Positions 17,506 through 31,300 of a DNA stretch of 64,000 bases are shown one piece after another. The position numbers were made by a program, and so were the translations under genes. This stretch comes from Macrostomum lignano (lineage: Eukaryota), in the NCBI GenBank assembly GCA_002269645.1, contig NIVC01002057.1, positions 90,912 through 154,911 of the forward strand, written 5' to 3'. How positions within the stretch are numbered: position 1 is the first letter of the stretch; every line of letters starts with the position of its first letter. The notes under the pieces were generated by a model. It was not told the DNA's origin. It did no database searches and saw only the letters and a program-made list of their open reading frames with translations.

Positions 17506-18091
17506 GAATCAGAAGTATTTGATGTAGTTGTAAAGCTCTAATGGATCACGTGACTTTTAGACTATGTATATATGTATTTTCCAATGTCGTTATTGAGAAG
17601 TTAATTTCTAATTGACTAAGGACCCCAGTTTATAAAGAACATTCACTATATGTTCTGCCACTTTTTATCATGAAAATTTACATTTAATTGCTTTCATGTA
17701 TCTAGCTCGTACATGTATTTTTTTGTTGTTTTCGATTTTCAGTGTTTAATTGGTTTAATTTGACCAATCATCTTTCAAAAAAGTTTTGTTACAAAACGCA
17801 TTGTTGCTCCACTTGACTGCGATAATGTGGCTGAGAAAGATTTTTAGTTACTTCATCACAGTAGTGAAATTTTCTTTCAAAAAATAATAAACAAATTTTG
17901 TTTTTGCATATCTTGACTGATTTAAATAGCGCAATGGTAAAAATCTTAAATAAAATTGTCGAATAACTGTTTGCTCGGTCTGAAAAATGTAAATATTAAT
18001 ATAATAGTTGATTTTTTAAAATTTGGTTATCCTCTTCACTTACAGATAATTCATCTACTTAAGTACTCACTGATTGACACTTGATTCTGTG

Positions 18092-18760
18092 GGGGCGCCA
18101 GCTACAGAGGGGCGCCAGCTACAGAGGGGCGCCAGCTACAGAGGGGCGCCAGCTACAGAGGGGGCGCCAGCTACAGAGGGGCGCCAGCTACAGAGGGGCG
18201 CCAGCTACAGAGGGGCGCCAGCTACAGAGGGGGTGTCAGCTACAGAGGGGGTGCCAGCTACAGAGGGGGTGTCAGCTACAGAGGGGGCGCCAGCTACAGA
18301 GTGTGCGCCAGCTACAGAGGGGGTGTCAGCTACAGAGGGGGCGCCAGCTACAGAGGGGCGCCAGCTACAGAGGGGCGCCAGCTACAGAGGGGCGCCAGCT
18401 ACAGAGGGGCGCCAGCTACAGAGGGGGTGCCAGCTACAGAGGGGGTGTCAGCTACAGAGGGGGCGCCAGCTACAGAGTGTGCGCCAGCTACAGAGGGGGT
18501 GTCAGCTACAGAGGGGGCGCCAGCTACAGAGGGGCGCCAGCTACAGAGGGGGTGTCAGCTACAGAGGGGCGCCAGCTACAGAGGGGGTGTCAGCTACAGA
18601 GGGGGTGTCAGCTACAGAGGGGGCGCCAGCTACAGAGTGTGCGCCAGCTACAGAGAGGGTGTCAGCTACGAGGGGGCGCCAGCTACAGAGTGTGCGCCAG
18701 CTACAGAGGGGGTGTCAGCAACAGAGGGGGCGCCAGCTACAGAGTGTGCGCCAGCTACAT
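18092..18760. repeat. 18-19-bp minisatellite
   Basis: Unit gcgccagctacagagggg(g). Confidence 0.95.
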
Positions 18761-19629
18761 CTGTTAGAGGTGCCGACCGTGTCGGGGTGATGACTGAATG
18801 CCTGAGCTGAGGATGTCTAGCAGTTGAGGCTTGCCCACTGTCGAGGCTTGCTCAGAGACATCAGAGAGATTAGCAATAGGGTGTCCATAGGGTGTAACCA
18901 GGTGCCACCTGTCGAAGGCCCAGAAGCTCCGTCTGGCTGCATGGCTATTCCTAATGAAATTTCCTACTAAAATAGGTCTCAACAGTCTGCCATAGCCATA
19001 TTTATGAGTATGAGAACCTCATCATATAGCGTGAGTGCCATTACAGTGGATTCAGAAGACAGTACAGTACAGACAGAGCAGAGTTGGAGAGGCAGCCTGT
19101 CTGTAGCAAAACATGCTGACAAAATGTACAATCAACTAACTCTAGGTAGGGCCTGGGAGAGAGATGAGACAGAGCTCCAAGCAGGAATATGCAGGTATTG
19201 CCTAGCTAAACTGTAGAAACCTTAGTTAGCAAGGGTAAGAGAAACAACTGAGGCAGTATGTAGAAACTCTGAGCATGTACACAGACACACGAATGCACTG
19301 GGAAACTCAGTGTGTACAGAGAGCGCTTGACTGCAACTGTGTTAAATAATGAGCATGAACTGAGAGGCCTTGAAATTGCGACAGCCGCACTACCGTTTGT
19401 AGAGCTGGCTAAGTCAATTTTGTTACTTAACTGTGCAAAACAGCCTGCTAGTTTATAGCAATGTTAAGTGCAATTCGATCATAGTGTTTTATATAAACCA
19501 TTTTTGGCATCTTGACGTTTGGTAAGCTTTGAATTTAACTTTGTTCAAATTGAATAACTTTAAAGTTAGTTATTCAGGTGTACTGCGTTTTGCTTGAGCT
19601 CAGAAATACAAGAGGTTTACCTAAAGCTG

Positions 19630-20255
19630 CAGGTGTCTGAAGAGGTGCAAGAGGTATCTGCAGGGTGCTAGAGGTGTCTACATGGTGCTAGAGGTGTCTA
19701 CAGGGTGCTAGAGATATCTACAGGGTGCTAGAGGTATCTACAGGATGCTAGAGGTATCTGCAGGGTGCTAGAGATATCTACAGGGTGCTAGAGGTATCTA
19801 CAGAGTGCTAGAGATATCTACAGAGTGCTAGAGATATCTACAGAGTGCTAGAGATATCTACAGGGTGCTAGAGGTATTTACAGGGTGCTAGAGATATCTA
19901 CAGGGTGCTAGAGGTATCTACAGGGTGCTAGAGGTATTTACAGGGTGCTAGAGGTATCTGCAGGGTGCTAGAGGTATTTACAGGGTGCTAGAGGTATCTA
20001 CAGGGTGCTAGAGATATCTACAGGGTGCTAGAGATATCTACAGGGTGCTAGAGGTATCTACAGTGTGCTAGAGGTATCTACAAAATGCTAAAGGTATCTA
20101 CAGGGGCTAAAGGTATCTAAAGGGGCTAAAGGTATCTACAGGGGCTAAAGGTATCTACAGGGGCTAAAGGTATCTACAGGGGCTAAAGGTATCTACAGGG
20201 GCTAAAGGTATCTAAAGGGGCTAAAGGTATCTACAGGGGCTAAAGGTATCTAGAG
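19630..20255. repeat. 20-bp to 19-bp minisatellite
   Basis: Unit ggtatctacagggtgctaga shifting to ggtatctacaggggctaaa. Confidence 0.93.
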
Positions 20256-20460
20256 AGTGAGTTCCTGATTTTGCAAAGGCTGATCAATCCTTGAAATCAA
20301 TCATGCGATCATGTACTTCTCAAACGCCATATGATAGTCTATGGTCGAAGTGCCACTTAAGCCAAACTAAGCCAATCGATACGCTTTTCCCCACTCTACA
20401 GCACCTGATGCGAGTCAGTCGAACGAGAGCATCAACTGCAGAACGTCCCAACGAATTCAC

Positions 20461-21875
20461 ATGCAAAAAATGCAACTCAAAAACCGGAGCCTGCTATCCT
20501 GCATCGCATTTCTGGCCATCCTCGGCCTGTGCTATCCGGTATTTCACTTCCTGCTATTCGACACTAACAGTCGGGGCGCCACGTCGGTCGACGAGTTGAC
20601 GGCGGAGCGCCAGCGGCGGCTGCACCCGTCGCTCCGGCTGGAGTCCTGGGGCGAATGTTTTCAAGCCGCCCCGAACCTGCTGGTTGCGGTCGCCTCGTCG
20701 CAGGCGGATCTGGCAGGCCGGGATCAACTGCGCCGTCTGTGGCGCAGAAAGTGGCGCCTGCAGAGCGGCGCCGCGCAGCTCGTGTTCTTCGTGCGCTACG
20801 CCGCTTCGGCCCCCAGAGACCTGGTAGTTGAGGAGTTCCACAGACGGCAGGATTTGATGCTCAACGCTGCATTGGAGTGGCAAACTGACGCGGCCATGCT
20901 GAGATGGGCCACCGCCTGGTACCTGGAGCGCTGCCCGAGGACACCCTACCTGCTGTTTGTGGGAGACTGGCCCGCGCTGAATGTCCGGCTGGTGGCTCTG
21001 CACACTGCCGGAGGCGGTGTGGGCGCTGCTCTGGCTGAGAGGCACAATGTCACTGCTGCCAGTGTCCGTCAGCAAGGTCAGCTGGCAGTCAGTCACAGCT
21101 GTTGGGTGTTGCAGAGCCGCATTGCTGGTTTTTCAGTGGCGATTCCAGCGCATGCAGATATGCGATGCCCCTCCCCAAAATCAGCACCAAATACAGTTCC
21201 CCTGGGACAGTACCCCTGCCCAAGACAGTGCCCCTAAGACAGGCCTTTAGACAGTGCCCCTAAGACAGTGTCCTAAAGACAGTGCCCTAAGACAGGTGCC
21301 CAAAGACAGTGTCGCTTAGACAGGTGCTCAAAGACAGTGTCGCTTAGACAGGTGCTCAAAGACAGTGTCGCTTAGACAGGTGCTCAAAGACAGTGTCCCT
21401 GGGACAGTGCCTCAACCCCAGACAGTGCTCAAAGACAGTATGCCTCAAAGATAGGTGCCCCAAAGACAATGCCCCTGTCGTTAAGACAGGCAGGTGCCCC
21501 AAAGTGCTGTTAAGGCAATGCCCAAGACAGTGTCCCAAAGACAGTAGCTTGTCATTGGCTTGACAAGAGCTGCAAGAACTTGAAGACAATGAATAAAACA
21601 CAATTTCAGGTCTTGCAAGGCAAAAACATCCGGGGACTGCTAGACTTTTGCGGAGAGGCAACAGTACCAGCAGCAGCAATGGGACAAACTTCGCAGAAGA
21701 GCCGCATTCGCAGCCTTCAAGCTGCCTGCTATTGCACAGGACAATGGCTGACGAGTTGGTCAAGCGAGTCAGAGGATCAGAGACCAGCTGGACTGAGTTG
21801 AGGAATTTCCTCACGCCATCACAGTTTGATGGCTGGGCTGCGGGAGCGTCAAGGCTGTTCTGCCACTCAGAATGA
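20461..21875 (+). CDS. Type II membrane galactosyltransferase-fold (GT31/B3GALT-like) protein with degenerate catalytic motifs, about 293 aa
   Basis: join(20461..21076,21610..21875) = 882 nt, phase-1 GT-AG intron. N-terminal TM segment. GT31-like layout: LLVAVASS...RDQLRRLW, LVFFV, VEEFHRRQDLM, AWYLERCPRTPYLLFVGD. Confidence 0.7.
21200..21545. repeat. Degenerate agacagtgccc repeats in the GT31-like intron
   Basis: Recurring (a)agacagtg(c/t)c units. Confidence 0.8.
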
Positions 21876-21914
21876 GTCTCCGCGACTCTGCACTGCCCCT
21901 CTGCGCGTTCCCAC

Positions 21915-22985
21915 TATCCCATGTCTCTATCCCCCTATCCGTTGCCTGTATCCCTCTATTTGTTGCCTATATTCCTCTATCCGATGTGTCTATTCCTCTA
22001 TCCGTTGCCTATATCCCTCTATTCGTTGCCTATATCCCTCTATTTGCTGACTATATCCCTCTATCCGCTGCCCATATCCCCCATCCGCTGCCTATATCCC
22101 TCCATCCGCTGCCTATATCCCTCCATCCGCTGCCTATATCCCCCATCCGCTGCCTATATCCCTCCATCCGCTGCCTATATCCCTCTATCCGTTGCCTATA
22201 TCCCTCTATTCGTTGCCTATATTTCTTTATTCGATGTCTATATCCCTCTATCCGTTGCCTATATTTCTTTATTCGATGTCTATATCCCTCTATTTGCTGC
22301 CTATATCCCTCTATCCGTTGCCTATATCCCTCTATCCGTTGCCTATATCCCCTCTATCCGTTGCCTATATCCCTCTATCCGTTGCCTATATCCATTTATC
22401 CGTTGCCTATATCCCTCTATCGAATGCCTATGACCCTATATCCCTCTATCGAATGCCTATGACCCTATATCCCTCTATCGAATGCCTATGACCCTATATC
22501 CCTCTATCGAATGCCTATGACCCTATATCCCTCTATCGAATGCCTATGACTCTATATCCCTCTATCGAATGCCTATGACCCTATATCCCTCTATCGAATG
22601 CCTATGACCCTATATCCCTATATCGAATGCCTATGACCCTATATCCCTATATCGAATGCCTATGACTCTATATCCCTCTATCGAATGCCTAGGACTCTAT
22701 ATCCCTCTATCCGTTGCCTATATCCATTTATCCGTTGCCTATATCCCTTTATCGAATGCCTATGACCCTATATCCCTCTATCGAATGCCTATGACCCTAT
22801 ATCCCTCTATCGAATGCCTATGACCCTATATCCCTCTATCGAATGCCTATGACCCTATATCCCTCTATCGAATGCCTATGACCCTATATCCCTCTATCGA
22901 ATGCCTATGACCCTGTATCCCTCTATCGAATGCCTATGACCCTATATCCCTCTATCGAATGCCTATGACCCTATATCCCTATATC
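21915..22985. repeat. 21-bp to 29-bp pyrimidine-rich minisatellite
   Basis: ccctctatccgttgcctatat changing to ccctctatcgaatgcctatgaccctatat. Confidence 0.93.
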
Positions 22986-23369
22986 TAACCCTCGATTTCT
23001 TTAGAGTTTCGAACACTCTGTTTTCAAGTCGGAAGGGGATCCACAAAAGAACTCGACTTGCTTGAAAATTTTAACTGTTTTTATGAAGTTGTTTTGTATT
23101 TCTTGACCACTCTTTAGCAGGAACATGTACATGCACGAATGCATAAACAACTCGCTAAAAATGTACTTAATTTTCAAACTTATTGCTTTGAATCTACCGC
23201 TTGTGCCTCGTTTGTAAAAAACAATATAACCTTCTGCTTGTTGGCTAAACAGAATATAGATCAATAATCGGATTTCAATCCAGTTTTACACCATGCACAG
23301 TGTGTCTACTGACAGTAGCGCTTGCTGAATATTGCTAATAAAAAACGAAAAAGGCTGTAAAATTTTAAA

Positions 23370-23375
23370 TTTATT
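23370..23375 (-). terminator. Candidate poly(A) signal of TMEM94
   Basis: tttatt on + (AATAAA on -), about 280 nt after the stop. Confidence 0.35.
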
Positions 23376-23652
23376 GATCATATAAAATAGAATTTAAAAA
23401 TATTTATATTTTTTGTTATTAAAAAATCACGTGATTTTTGATTAAAAGTACTGAAGTGATTACAAACAAAGACTAACAAGACACAAATTTACAGACTCAC
23501 ACAAAGGCGGAATTGCGATTTCAAAGTAGCAATAGACAAATAATTATAATAAATTTATCTAAACGCAATTTCAAATTAGCATAGAGTGTCAATCAATAAA
23601 TCAGTTAAATAATCAATTAATTATACTATGAATTGTAATGGTTGAACAGGCG

Positions 23653-24563
23653 CTACACAGGCGAGTACATGCCGAGCTTGGTGTCAAAGTGCAGCCTCGC
23701 CGCTCTGTCCTCCTTGCTCTTGATCCTGCGGTGCGGTGTGTTCATTATCATCAGAGGGATTCTGCTGAGTGTGGAATTCTACCGAGTGTGGGATTCTGCC
23801 GAGTGTGTTATTCTGCTGAGTGTGGGATTCTGCTGAGTGTGGAATTCTACCGAGTGTGGGATTCTGCCGAGTGTGGGATACTACTGAGTGTGGGATTCTA
23901 CCGAGTGTGTTATTCTGCTGAGTGTGGGATTCTGCTGAGTGTGGAATTCTACCGAGTGTGGGATTCTGCCGAGTGTGGGATACTACTGAGTGTGGGATTC
24001 TACCGAGTGTGTTATTCTGCTGAGTGTGGGATTCTGCTGAGTGTGGGATTCTGCTGAGTATGGGATTCTGCTGAGTGTGGGATTCTGCTGAGTGTGGGAT
24101 TCTACCGAGTGTGGGATTCTGCTGAGTGTGGGATTCTGCTGAGTGTGGAATTCTACTGAGTGTGGGATTCTACTGAGTGTGGGATTCTACTGAGTGTGTG
24201 ATTCCGCTGAGTGTGGGATTCCGCTGAGTGTGGGATTCTACTGAGTGTGGGATTCTACCGAGTGTGGGATTCTGCTGAGTATGGGATTCTGCTGAGTGTG
24301 GGATTCTGCTGAGTATGGGATTCTGCTGAGTGTGGGATTCTAAAAGCAGTATTTTATAGCGAACTCACCGCATCTGCCTGTGCTTGACAATCTCATTAAC
24401 GGGCCCCAAGGCTAGCAGCCACAGGATCAGCGGCAGCCACACGTGAAGACCCAGCTCGGGCAGGCGGCTCCAAGCCGACCGCATCGACATGTCCAGTGCT
24501 GCGATGGACAGGCCGACTGCCAGGCTGGTGGTGCGGGTAGGGTGTGGACTGGCTGAGGATACT

Positions 24564-24611
<48 letters not shown>

Positions 24612-24632
24612 CACAGACAGACAGACAGACAT

Positions 24633-24677
<45 letters not shown>

Positions 24678-24712
24678 AAGACAACCAGACAGACAGACAA
24701 ACAGACAGACAT

Positions 24713-24755
<43 letters not shown>

Positions 24756-24756
24756 T

Positions 24757-24797
<41 letters not shown>

Positions 24798-24832
24798 AAT
24801 ACAGACAGACAGACAGACAGACAGACAGAAAT

Positions 24833-24899
<67 letters not shown>

Positions 24900-24900
24900 T

Positions 24901-24947
<47 letters not shown>

Positions 24948-24984
24948 GTCAGACATACAGACAGACAGACAGACAGACAGAAAT

Positions 24985-25023
<39 letters not shown>

Positions 25024-25036
25024 TACAGACAGACAT

Positions 25037-25117
<81 letters not shown>

Positions 25118-25119
25118 AT

Positions 25120-25166
<47 letters not shown>

Positions 25167-25167
25167 T

Positions 25168-25242
<75 letters not shown>

Positions 25243-25251
25243 GTCAGACAT

Positions 25252-25290
<39 letters not shown>

Positions 25291-25335
25291 GGCAGGCAGA
25301 CAGACAGACAGACAGACAGACAGACAGTCAGACAT

Positions 25336-25374
<39 letters not shown>

Positions 25375-28300
25375 GGCAGGCAGGCAGACAGACAGACAGA
25401 CAGACAGACAGGTCAAGTCCTGCTCACGTCGCAAACTGGCAGACAGCCCAAACTTTCAACCGACTGAAGCCTCCGATAGGCAGACGAAACGGGCGCAGGT
25501 TCTCCGTGACGAACACCAACGAAGTGATCACTGCGGACGGGGTCAAGAGGGTGTAACGCAAATAAAAATCCCATATAAATCTCAAATTACAACTTGAGTT
25601 AAAACAAAATAAAGTTGGCTTCAAAGCAGACTCACGGCAAGCCAGCACAATAAAGCAGAACAGCACGCCCTGAAACGCGGCCAGCAGCTGCTCATTATCC
25701 CGCTGTTGAGTCCACAAGGAATGCCCCAAACAAGCGGTGACATTTTCCATGCTCAGACTATGGTACTGATAGTAGGAGATTGCGGATTCGATCGGCACAG
25801 AGGCGCTCCAATTGCCGGTGCTGTCAGGAGCAGCAGACTGGTTGCCAAGCAGTGCGGCATCTCCGGCAGCCAGCTGGGAGCAGCGGGTGTACACGAATGC
25901 GACAAAGACCAGAGCTGCGACCACGGCTGAGGGCAGCGTCAGAGCCAGGTGCAGTGACAGGTAGCTGGGAGGCGGAGGGAAAGGGGGCGATGGCTCAGTA
26001 ATACAGACACTTAAAGTTTAGACACACTGAAAGCATACCAATCACCCTTATAGTGGACATTACACCCCAGACAGCTTTAATGACACACCAAGCCTCTAAA
26101 TCACTTGAGACACCGGACACCTTACAGTATTCCTATTCGGACACTCCAGACGACTCTACTAGACACCCAAACACCCTACCAGACACCCAAACACCCTACT
26201 AGACACCTAAACACCCTACTAGACACCCAAACACCCTACCAGACACCTAAACACCCTACTAGAGACCCAAACACCCTACCAGACACCCAAACACCCTACC
26301 AGACACCCAAACACCCTACCAGACACCCAAACACCCTACCAGACACCCAAACATCTACTAGACACCCAAGCACCCTACCAGACACCCAAACACCCTACTA
26401 GACACCCAAACACCCTACCAGACACCCAAACACCCTACCAGACACCCAAACATCTACTAGACACCCAAGCACCCTACCAGACACCCAAACACCCTACTAG
26501 ACACCCAAACACCCTACCAGACACCCAAACACCCTACCAGACACCCAAACACCCTACCAGACACCCAAACACCCTACCAGACACCCAAACACCCTACCAG
26601 ACACCAAAAAACCCTACCAGACACCCAAACACCCTACCAGACACCCAAACACCCTACCAGACACCCAAACACCCTACTAGACACCCAAACACCCTACCAG
26701 ACACCAAAAAACCCTACCAGACACCCAAACACCCTACCAGACACCCAAACATCTACTAGACACCCAAACACCCTACTAGAGACCCAAACACCCTACCAGA
26801 CACCCAAACACCCTACCAGACACCCAAACACCCTACCAGACACCCAAACACCCTACCAGACACCCAAACACCCTACCAGACACCCAAACATCTACTAGAC
26901 ACCCAAACACCCTACTAGACACCCAAACACCCTACCAGACACCCAAACACCCTACCAGACACCTAAACACCCTACCAGACACCCCAAAACCCACCGCGCA
27001 GTGAGCGCCTTCCTCCTCGGCAGGTCCCTCCTCCGAGCCGGCTGATTCAACGCCTTCAGCCGGTCCTCAGACTTGGCCACGGTGCCAAAGGCGGCCGCAG
27101 GCAGCAGCACAAAAGACAGGGCGGCGGTCTGCCCGGCGGACAGACAGGGCGGCAGCATGAGCAGGCCGCAGACCGCGTGCAGAGCCGACAGCATCAGTGC
27201 CATAGACAAAAACGCTCTCAACGGTCGCTTGAGTCGCTCAACTGAGCAGCGGCAGTCGGCGATGAGGCCGGCGATGGCCAGGCGAGTTGGCGCGTAGCCG
27301 GCAGGCAGGCTGAGCAGCTTGGCAGCGACGAAGGCGGGACTGGGTTCGAGTCTGGACCCGACTGGCGGCGCCGGCTCGCTGCGACAAGTCGGCGGCAGCT
27401 GAGGCACCAGGGCGATCTGACGGTTCCACGGGCGGTGGTTAGGGGAGACTGTTGGGGAATGGCGGCTGAGTGCCTACTCGTGACCCAGGTTGACCTACTT
27501 GACTCAATATTGACCTACTTGACACAAAGTTGACCTACTCGACTCTAACGTTGACCTACTTTACTAAGCGTTGACCTACTTGATCTAACGTGGACTTACT
27601 TGATCCAAAGTTGACCTACTCGAATCAATATTGACCTACTCGACCAAATATTGACCCACTTGACCAAATTTTTACTGACTTGACCCAGTTTTGACACAAC
27701 TGACCCAACATTGACCGAATCGACTCAACATGACTCTACTTGACATAATTTTACATTGTTGACTAAATGTTGACCTACTTGACCCAACGATGACCTACTT
27801 GATCAATCTTTACCTACTTGACCTAATTTTGACCTACTTGACCCAATTTTGGCCAACTTGACCTAATTTTGGCCTACTTGACCCAATCTTGACCTACTTG
27901 ACCCAATTTTGACCTACTTGACCCGATTTTGACCTACTTGACCCAATTTTGACCTACTTGACCCAGTTTTGACCTACTTGACCCAGTTTTGACCTACTTG
28001 ACCAAAAATTGACCACATTAGACTCTGTGCCGACCCATGTGCCCCAGACTCACGGCGGTGTCGGTAATCTTGGCCAGTCTACAGGACCTCAGACTCAAAG
28101 CCGAGTACAACAGCACTGAGCGCTCCCCGTACTGCCGCATGATGAGCAGCATCTCCGACACGGCGCCGATATCGCAGTCGGTAAACAGCGACACCTGCAA
28201 CGGCACGTTGTCCACCTTCTGCAGGTGCGGCCGGATCTCGGCGATGCCGCGCGGCAGACGCGACTTGTTCTGATCGACGTACAACAGCTCGGACTCCTCC

Positions 28301-31300
28301 CTGGAGGCGTCCGCTCGCTGACCAGAGGCGGTGCTGCAGCCGGACTGCGCGTCGTCACGGCTGGACAAGCCGCTGCGGACTCCGGTCGCCTCTGCGTCGA
28401 CATCATCGGAATCCGATTCTGAGCCGCCGCTGGAATCGGCGCTGCCGCCGTCGCCACCAGGTGTTTCCGCGGTGAACACCAGCTCGTCCGGTTCGCCTTT
28501 GAAGGTGACCCTGCTGGTGTCCGTGTTGATCAGGGCAGGTGCGCTGCCCCACTGGCTTAAGTTGGCCAGCGTGGCGCCCGACATTGTGGTCTGCGGGAGG
28601 TCGACGGCTTGTCGTGTGAGACAGATCCCATTGACCCAGATCCCGTTGACCCAGATTCCATTTACAGTACCCAGATCTATTGACCCATATCCCATTGACT
28701 CAGATCGCATTGACCCAGATTCTATTGACTTAGATCTCATTGACCCAGATCCCATCGACCCAGATCTTATTGACCCAGAACCCATTGACCATATCCCATT
28801 GACCATATCCCATTGACCATATCCCATCGACCCAGATCCCATGGACCCAGATCCTATTGACCCAGATCCCATTGGCTTAGATCCTATTGACCCAGATCCC
28901 ATGGACCCAGATCCCATGGACCCAGATCCTATTGACTCAGATCCCATTGATTCAGATCCTATTGACTCAGATCCCATCGATTCAGATCTCATTGACCCAG
29001 ACACTGATCCCAATGACCCAAACACTGATCCCATTGACCCATACACTGATCCCACTGACCCAGACACTGATCCCATTGACCCAAACACTGATCCCATTGA
29101 CCCAGACACTGATCCCATTGACCCAGACACTGATCGCATTGACCCAGACACTGATCCCATTGACCCAAACACTGATCCCATTGACCCAGACACTGATACC
29201 ATTGACCCAAACACTGATCCCATTGACCCAGACACTGATCCCATTGACTCAGACACTGATCCCATTGACCCAGACACTGATCCTATTGACCCAGACACTG
29301 ATCTCATTGACTCAGACACTGATCCCATTGACCCAGATCAGACCAACCCCACTGACCCAATCGCACGCATCCGACCAGACACCCTCAGCCAATGGAACCC
29401 AAGACTCACGGTCAGGCCTGCGGGCACCGGCTCCCTGTCCGCGGTCACTGTAGCCCTGCTGCCGCCGCACGAGTCGCTCCTCAGCGAGATGTGACAGTTC
29501 CAGCCGGATTCGAGTCCCAGACGTTCAGCGAATCCTCTGCTACGCAGTTCGTTCTCCTCGCTAAAGTACACGAACCGGATGCAGCCCAGCTCCAGCTGGT
29601 CGATGAGCCTGACAACATCGGAGTTGGCCTGGAACTGGGAGGCCACCATTCCTAGAAACACCTGGCCGCTCTGCATGCTCAGACAGGTGTCTACGTCTGT
29701 CAGGGACAAATTGGACGATCGATGCAAAGTTGTCTCAGCGCTGAACGTCCTTGACAGAGGCGTGTTGAGCAGCATTGGCGTGGGCGGATCCTCAGCCTCC
29801 TCTGAGCTCAGCCGGAACGGCGGCAATTCGACGCATCGATCGCCGCTGCCGCCTGCCGGCGACATCTTGTTGAGCACGGGCGTGTAAGCGAATGCGTCGC
29901 AATAGCTTGAGTAGCTGTGCCGGCTGTAGAAGTTGAGCAGGCGCTTGCGGTCCAGCTGGGTAAAGGGCGGGGAGCGGAGAGCCAGTTGGCTGCATTTGAG
30001 ACTCCTGGGTTGAGTTTGAGTTCAGTTGAGCTCGAACGACTTCCTACAAAGCCCTAGGAAACCTACCAAACCTACCATGAACCCTAATAAACCTACCAAA
30101 AACCCTACCAAACCTACCATAAACCCTACCAAACCTACCATAAACCCTACTAAACCTACCATAAACCCTACCAAACCTACCATAAACCCTACCAAACCTA
30201 CCAGAAACCCTACCAAACCTACCATAAACCCTACCAAACCTACCAGAAACCCTACTAAACCTACCATAAACCCTACCAAACCTACCAGAAACCCTACCAA
30301 ACCTACCAGAAACCCTACCAGAATTACTACAAACCCTACCATAAACCCTACCAAACCTACCAGAAACCCTACCAGAATTACTACAAACCCTACTATAAAC
30401 CCTACCCTACCAAACCTACCATAAACCCTACCCTACCAAACCTACCATAAACCCTACCAAACCTACCATAAACCCTACCAAACCTACCATAAACCCTACC
30501 AAACCTACCAGAAACCCTACCAAACCTACCAGAAACCCTGCCAGAATTACTACAAACCCTACCATAAACCCTACCAAACCTACCAGAAACCCTACCAAAC
30601 CTACCATAAACCCTACCAGAATTACTACAAACCCTACCATAAAACCCTACCCTACCAAACCTACCATAAACCCTACCAAACCTACCAGAAACCCTACCAA
30701 ACCTACCATGAACCCTAATAAACCTACCAAAAACCCTACCAAACCTACCATAAACCCTACCAAACCTACCATAAACCCTACTAAACCTACCATAAACCCT
30801 ACCAAACCTACCATAAACCCTACCAAACCTACCAGAAACCCTACCAAACCTACCATAAACCCTACCAAACCTACCAGAAACCCTACTAAACCTACCATAA
30901 ACCCTACCAAACCTACCAGAAACCCTACCAAACCTACCAGAAACCCTACCAGAATTACTACAAACCCTACCATAAACCCTACCAAACCTACCAGAAACCC
31001 TACCAGAATTACTACAAACCCTACTATAAACCCTACCCTACCAAACCTACCATAAACCCTACCCTACCAAACCTACCATAAACCCTACCAAACCTACCAT
31101 AAACCCTACCAAACCTACCATAAACCCTACCAAACCTACCAGAAACCCTACCAAACCTACCAGAAACCCTACCAGAATTACTACAAACCCTACCATAAAC
31201 CCTACCAAACCTACCAGAAACCCTACCAAACCTACCATAAACCCTACCAGAATTACTACAAACCCTACCATAAAACCCTACCCTACCAAACCTACCATAA

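Noticed and set aside
18074-18810. GAPATE / RQLQRG repeat ORFs
   Set aside because: All three frames are open because the unit lacks stops; no start context or flanking exons.
18790-19400. CpG-poor unique segment, possible TE fragment
   Set aside because: No terminal repeats, TSD or recognisable coding motif found by eye.
24365-25556. RQTD / SVCL ORFs
   Set aside because: (GACA)n translation; only the short TMEM94 exons inside are real.
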